NCBI GenBank assembly: GCA_041666245.1
Contig: JBAYHG010000008.1
Span: 16,049-80,048 of the forward strand
Length of the DNA stretch: 64,000 nt
Source: Candidatus Peribacteraceae bacterium
GTDB lineage: Bacteria; Patescibacteriota; Gracilibacteria; Peribacterales; Peribacteraceae
Reading direction: 5' to 3'
Position 1 is the first letter of the stretch. Each line of letters starts with the position of its first letter. The position numbers and the translations under genes were made by a program. Below, piece after piece: positions 61,595 through 64,000 of the stretch. The notes beneath the pieces are model-generated. The model made no database searches. It was not told where the DNA came from and saw nothing but the letters and a program-made list of their open reading frames with translations.

Positions 61595-61692
61595 AGTATT
61601 AGAGTATTAGAGTATTAGAGTATTAGAGTATTAGAGTATTAGAGTATTAGAGTATTAGAGTACTAGAGTATTAGAGTAACAGAGTAACAGGA
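61589..61692. repeat. 8-bp microsatellite-like tandem array: 13 units, 10 of them exact TATTAGAG
   Basis: Nine consecutive perfect TATTAGAG units (61589-61660), then TACTAGAG, TATTAGAG, TAACAGAG, TAACAGGA. The array begins within the rnhA stop codon. Confidence 0.95.
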
Positions 61693-61749
61693 CGACCCCC
61701 ATCATTCTTTTTCCTGTTATTCTGTTCCTCTCATCCCTGTTATTCTGCG
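61677..61749. repeat. Fold-back part of the same element (TAACAGAG words versus CCTGTTATTCTG words)
   Basis: taacagagtaacagga (61677-61692) is complementary to tcctgttattctgtt and ccctgttattctg (61712-61747), immediately upstream of the vanW-family start. Confidence 0.55.
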
Positions 61750-61753
61750 TCTC

Positions 61754-63061
61754 GTGAAGAAGGCTCTCCTCCTCATCACTGCCTCGATGTTCCTGACGGG
61801 AACTCCTTCCGTCGTGAGCGCAGCGCAGCCGTCGTTGCTCTATCGCTACAAGCACTTCCTCTTCACTGCGAAGCCGTCGCCCGAATGGCGGACGCCCGAA
61901 CGCACCTGGACGTTCCGTGGTTCCCCCTTCGTTCCGCCGCCATCACTTCTCGTGGACGGAGACAACGTCCCCTCTCTCCCGGAAGGTGTTGAATTCCGCT
62001 TCACAGAGGGCTGGAACCGCAATGCCATCCGGGGCTCTCTCTCCACACTCGTGGATGAGAAGATCCGCCGCGACCCCGGGAGCGTCATCATCAGGAAATC
62101 CTCAACCGGCGCGATCACCTTCGACGGTGTGGGATTGCCGGGACGACGTGTGGACCTGGATCGCGCGACGGAGCTGACGGTCGAAGCATTGGAACAGGGT
62201 GTGACGGACATCGTCCTGCCGATGATCGAGACGCAGCCGAAGATCACCGTGGAAGATCCGGAGCTCCGCACTCTGGGTATCCGCGAAGTCGTGACGGTGG
62301 GGGAGTCGAATTTCAACAATTCTCCCGCAAATCGTCGGCACAATATCGGCGTGGGCCTGGCGAAGTTCAACGGACACCTGATCCCGCAAGGCACGGTCTT
62401 CTCCTTCGATAAAACGCTCGGCCGCGTGGATGGCACGACGGGCTACCGCAAGGAGCTGGTGATCAAGGGCGACCGGACCGAGCCGGACTACGGCGGCGGC
62501 CTGTGTCAGGTGAGCACCACGGCGTACCGCGGCGTGTGGGAGTACGGCTTCCCCATCGTGAAGCGCATCAATCACAGCTACCAGGTGAGCCACTACTTCC
62601 CGCAGGGCACCGACGCCACCGTCTACCCGCCGAATGTGGACATGCAATTCCTCAATGACTCCCCCGGCGCCCTCCTCATGCAGACGTACAAGGAGGGAGA
62701 CCTCGCCTACTTCATCTACTTCGGAACGGATGACGGTCGCCGAACGAACGTCCTCGGCCCGTTCCTGTGGGGTTCATCCGCTCCGCCTCCCGACCGCACG
62801 GAGTACACCGCGACGGATTTGAAACCGGGTGAGCGCAAGAAGATGGGCGAGCGCGTGCCGGGCGTGAAGGCGCTCTGGTACCGCTACGTGCAACGGACCG
62901 GAACGGGGGAGACCGTGGAATCCGTCTTCTCCAACTATGAAGCGCGCCCGCTCTACTACCTTGTGGGCGTGGAAGCCATGCCCGCGACCGGCACCGGCAG
63001 CGCCGCGCTGCCGACGCTGTTCATGGAAGATTCTCTCGCTCCCCCAACATCAGGACAGTAA
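61754..63061 (+). CDS. VanW-family protein (secreted)
   Basis: GTG start and signal peptide KKALLLITASMFLTGTPSVVSAA. VanW core: FSFDKTLGRVDGTTGYRKELVIKGDRTEPDYGGGLCQVSTTAYRGVWEYGFPIVKRINHSY. Confidence 0.85.
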   Translation: MKKALLLITASMFLTGTPSVVSAAQPSLLYRYKHFLFTAKPSPEWRTPERTWTFRGSPFVPPPSLLVDGDNVPSLPEGVEFRFTEGWNRNAIRGSLSTLVDEKIRRDPGSVIIRKSSTGAITFDGVGLPGRRVDLDRATELTVEALEQGVTDIVLPMIETQPKITVEDPELRTLGIREVVTVGESNFNNSPANRRHNIGVGLAKFNGHLIPQGTVFSFDKTLGRVDGTTGYRKELVIKGDRTEPDYGGGLCQVSTTAYRGVWEYGFPIVKRINHSYQVSHYFPQGTDATVYPPNVDMQFLNDSPGALLMQTYKEGDLAYFIYFGTDDGRRTNVLGPFLWGSSAPPPDRTEYTATDLKPGERKKMGERVPGVKALWYRYVQRTGTGETVESVFSNYEARPLYYLVGVEAMPATGTGSAALPTLFMEDSLAPPTSGQ

Positions 63062-63189
63062 ACAAAACAGGGACAACAAACGGCGAGGTCCCGCGCGCCA
63101 CAGGGGGTGAAAAGGAAAGCCCAACAAAATAACTAACAATATTTCCGGAAGGGGGGGAGCCGCGCGAGCCAATGGGGGTGGTGGGGCGG

Positions 63190-63262
63190 TTCGACAAGCT
63201 CACCGTAAACTCCAAGATTTCTTGCCCTGAGCTTGTCGAAGGGCTTTGTCGCCCTGACAAAG
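63190..63262. repeat. GC-rich REP-like double hairpin
   Basis: Perfect 13-bp inverted repeat ttcgacaagctca (63190-63202) / tgagcttgtcgaa (63228-63240), then ctttgtc (63244-63250) / gacaaag (63256-63262). It uses the gccctgagc/cgaaggg vocabulary. Confidence 0.5.
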
Positions 63263-63302
63263 AAAGGGTAGTCAGAGTTCTCTCAAGCAAATAGCGAATA
63301 AT

Positions 63303-63932
63303 TTAGAGGAAAGATCCTGCAACCCCCTCCGCCTTCAGCGGCGCCGAGAGATGTTCCGCAAGGAGCAGATGCCGCAGTTTCCGCAGTTCTTTCTGAACAG
63401 TTTCCGGAATCTCCAGAGCCTCCCGCCCCTCGCGCGCCGAGGCGATGAATGCGAGAGCTTCAGCCGGAAGTCTCGCCATCGTTTGTAGATGAAGCCCGTC
63501 CGGGAGGAACCCGAGCACTCCAAGTAGCCGGAATGTGAAGGCGTGGAGGGAGCACGGGGAATGGGAGGAGCGGAGGAAGGTGAGGAACGCGTCGAATACG
63601 GCAGAGTCCGGCTCCTCGTGGGAGACGAGAGCGAGGAGGAGCTCGCACCCCTGTTCGACCCGCGTGAAGGCCGCCATGTCTGCGTGGAGGGGAAGCTCCG
63701 AACGCGAGACAACGGAACGAATGAAGCATCCCGCGCTCCCCTCGCGCAGCTCCACCGAAAGATGACGGAAGGGAAGGACAAGCCCGCCGATACGACTGCC
63801 CGGCTTGCGCACGCCCGCAGCCCGCGCCGTCATGCGTCCTCGCTCCCGCGTGAGGAGCACGCAGAACCTGTCGGCTTCGCCGACGTCGTACGTCCGAAGA
63901 ACGATTGCCTCGCAGGGGAAGGATTTCGACAC
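63303..63932 (-). CDS. recO: DNA repair protein RecO
   Basis: AIVLRTYDVGEADRFCVLLTRERGRMTARAAGVRKPGSR is a typical RecO N-terminal OB-fold pattern; 209 aa. Confidence 0.8.
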   Translation of the reverse strand: MSKSFPCEAIVLRTYDVGEADRFCVLLTRERGRMTARAAGVRKPGSRIGGLVLPFRHLSVELREGSAGCFIRSVVSRSELPLHADMAAFTRVEQGCELLLALVSHEEPDSAVFDAFLTFLRSSHSPCSLHAFTFRLLGVLGFLPDGLHLQTMARLPAEALAFIASAREGREALEIPETVQKELRKLRHLLLAEHLSAPLKAEGVAGSFL

Positions 63933-64000
63933 AGGGGGAGTATAGCGATGAGACGTTGTTGAAGGTGAATTGCGGGGAGCAACAGAATATCCGAGTAACA

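Noticed and set aside
61589-61692. CRISPR array
   Set aside because: The units are 8 bp and directly abutting with no spacers, and there are no cas genes. This is a microsatellite-like tandem repeat.

Overview
GC-rich bacterial chromosomal window using the standard genetic code: TGA is a genuine stop in conserved genes such as fbaB. I call about 55 protein genes and 2 tRNAs. I see no rRNA, CRISPR array, transposase, integrase or recognisable defence system. Housekeeping genes (sod, cysS, fbaB, yidC-rnpA, gatCA, fumC, topA, hup, jag, dnaJ, recJ, rpmH, ndk, recO) are interleaved with many cell-envelope genes. These include a FemAB transferase, a 1412-aa SLH-domain S-layer-type protein and a 3043-aa Cys-repeat/FG-GAP-like/LamG/dockerin-like giant. 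They also include two adjacent paralogous secreted proteins, LysM-M23 and M23 peptidases, a DD-carboxypeptidase, an FtsQ-like protein, a GT4 glycosyltransferase, PgeF/YfiH, VanW and a C-terminal processing protease. The style (giant surface proteins, scattered ribosomal/insertase genes, a free-standing four-helix-bundle gene) suggests an uncultivated lineage, possibly CPR/Peregrinibacteria-like; that is inference only. Five things stood out. (1) A dense, interlinked family of fold-back repeats fills most intergenic gaps; their arms are tandem 7-8 nt words. One copy sits in frame inside femAB and one brackets the four-helix-bundle gene. (2) Three short inserts are flanked by 17-21 nt duplications of the 3' end of the upstream gene (tRNA-Asp, tRNA-Trp, hsp20). 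(3) A canonical csrA lies next to a fused two-domain CsrA-like gene that appears to keep only one composite RNA-binding surface, and the two share a leader string. (4) The SLH protein and the giant protein share a ~175-aa C-terminal domain. (5) There is a eukaryote-type PRMT-like methyltransferase. All protein calls rest on motif recognition by eye; no database search was possible.
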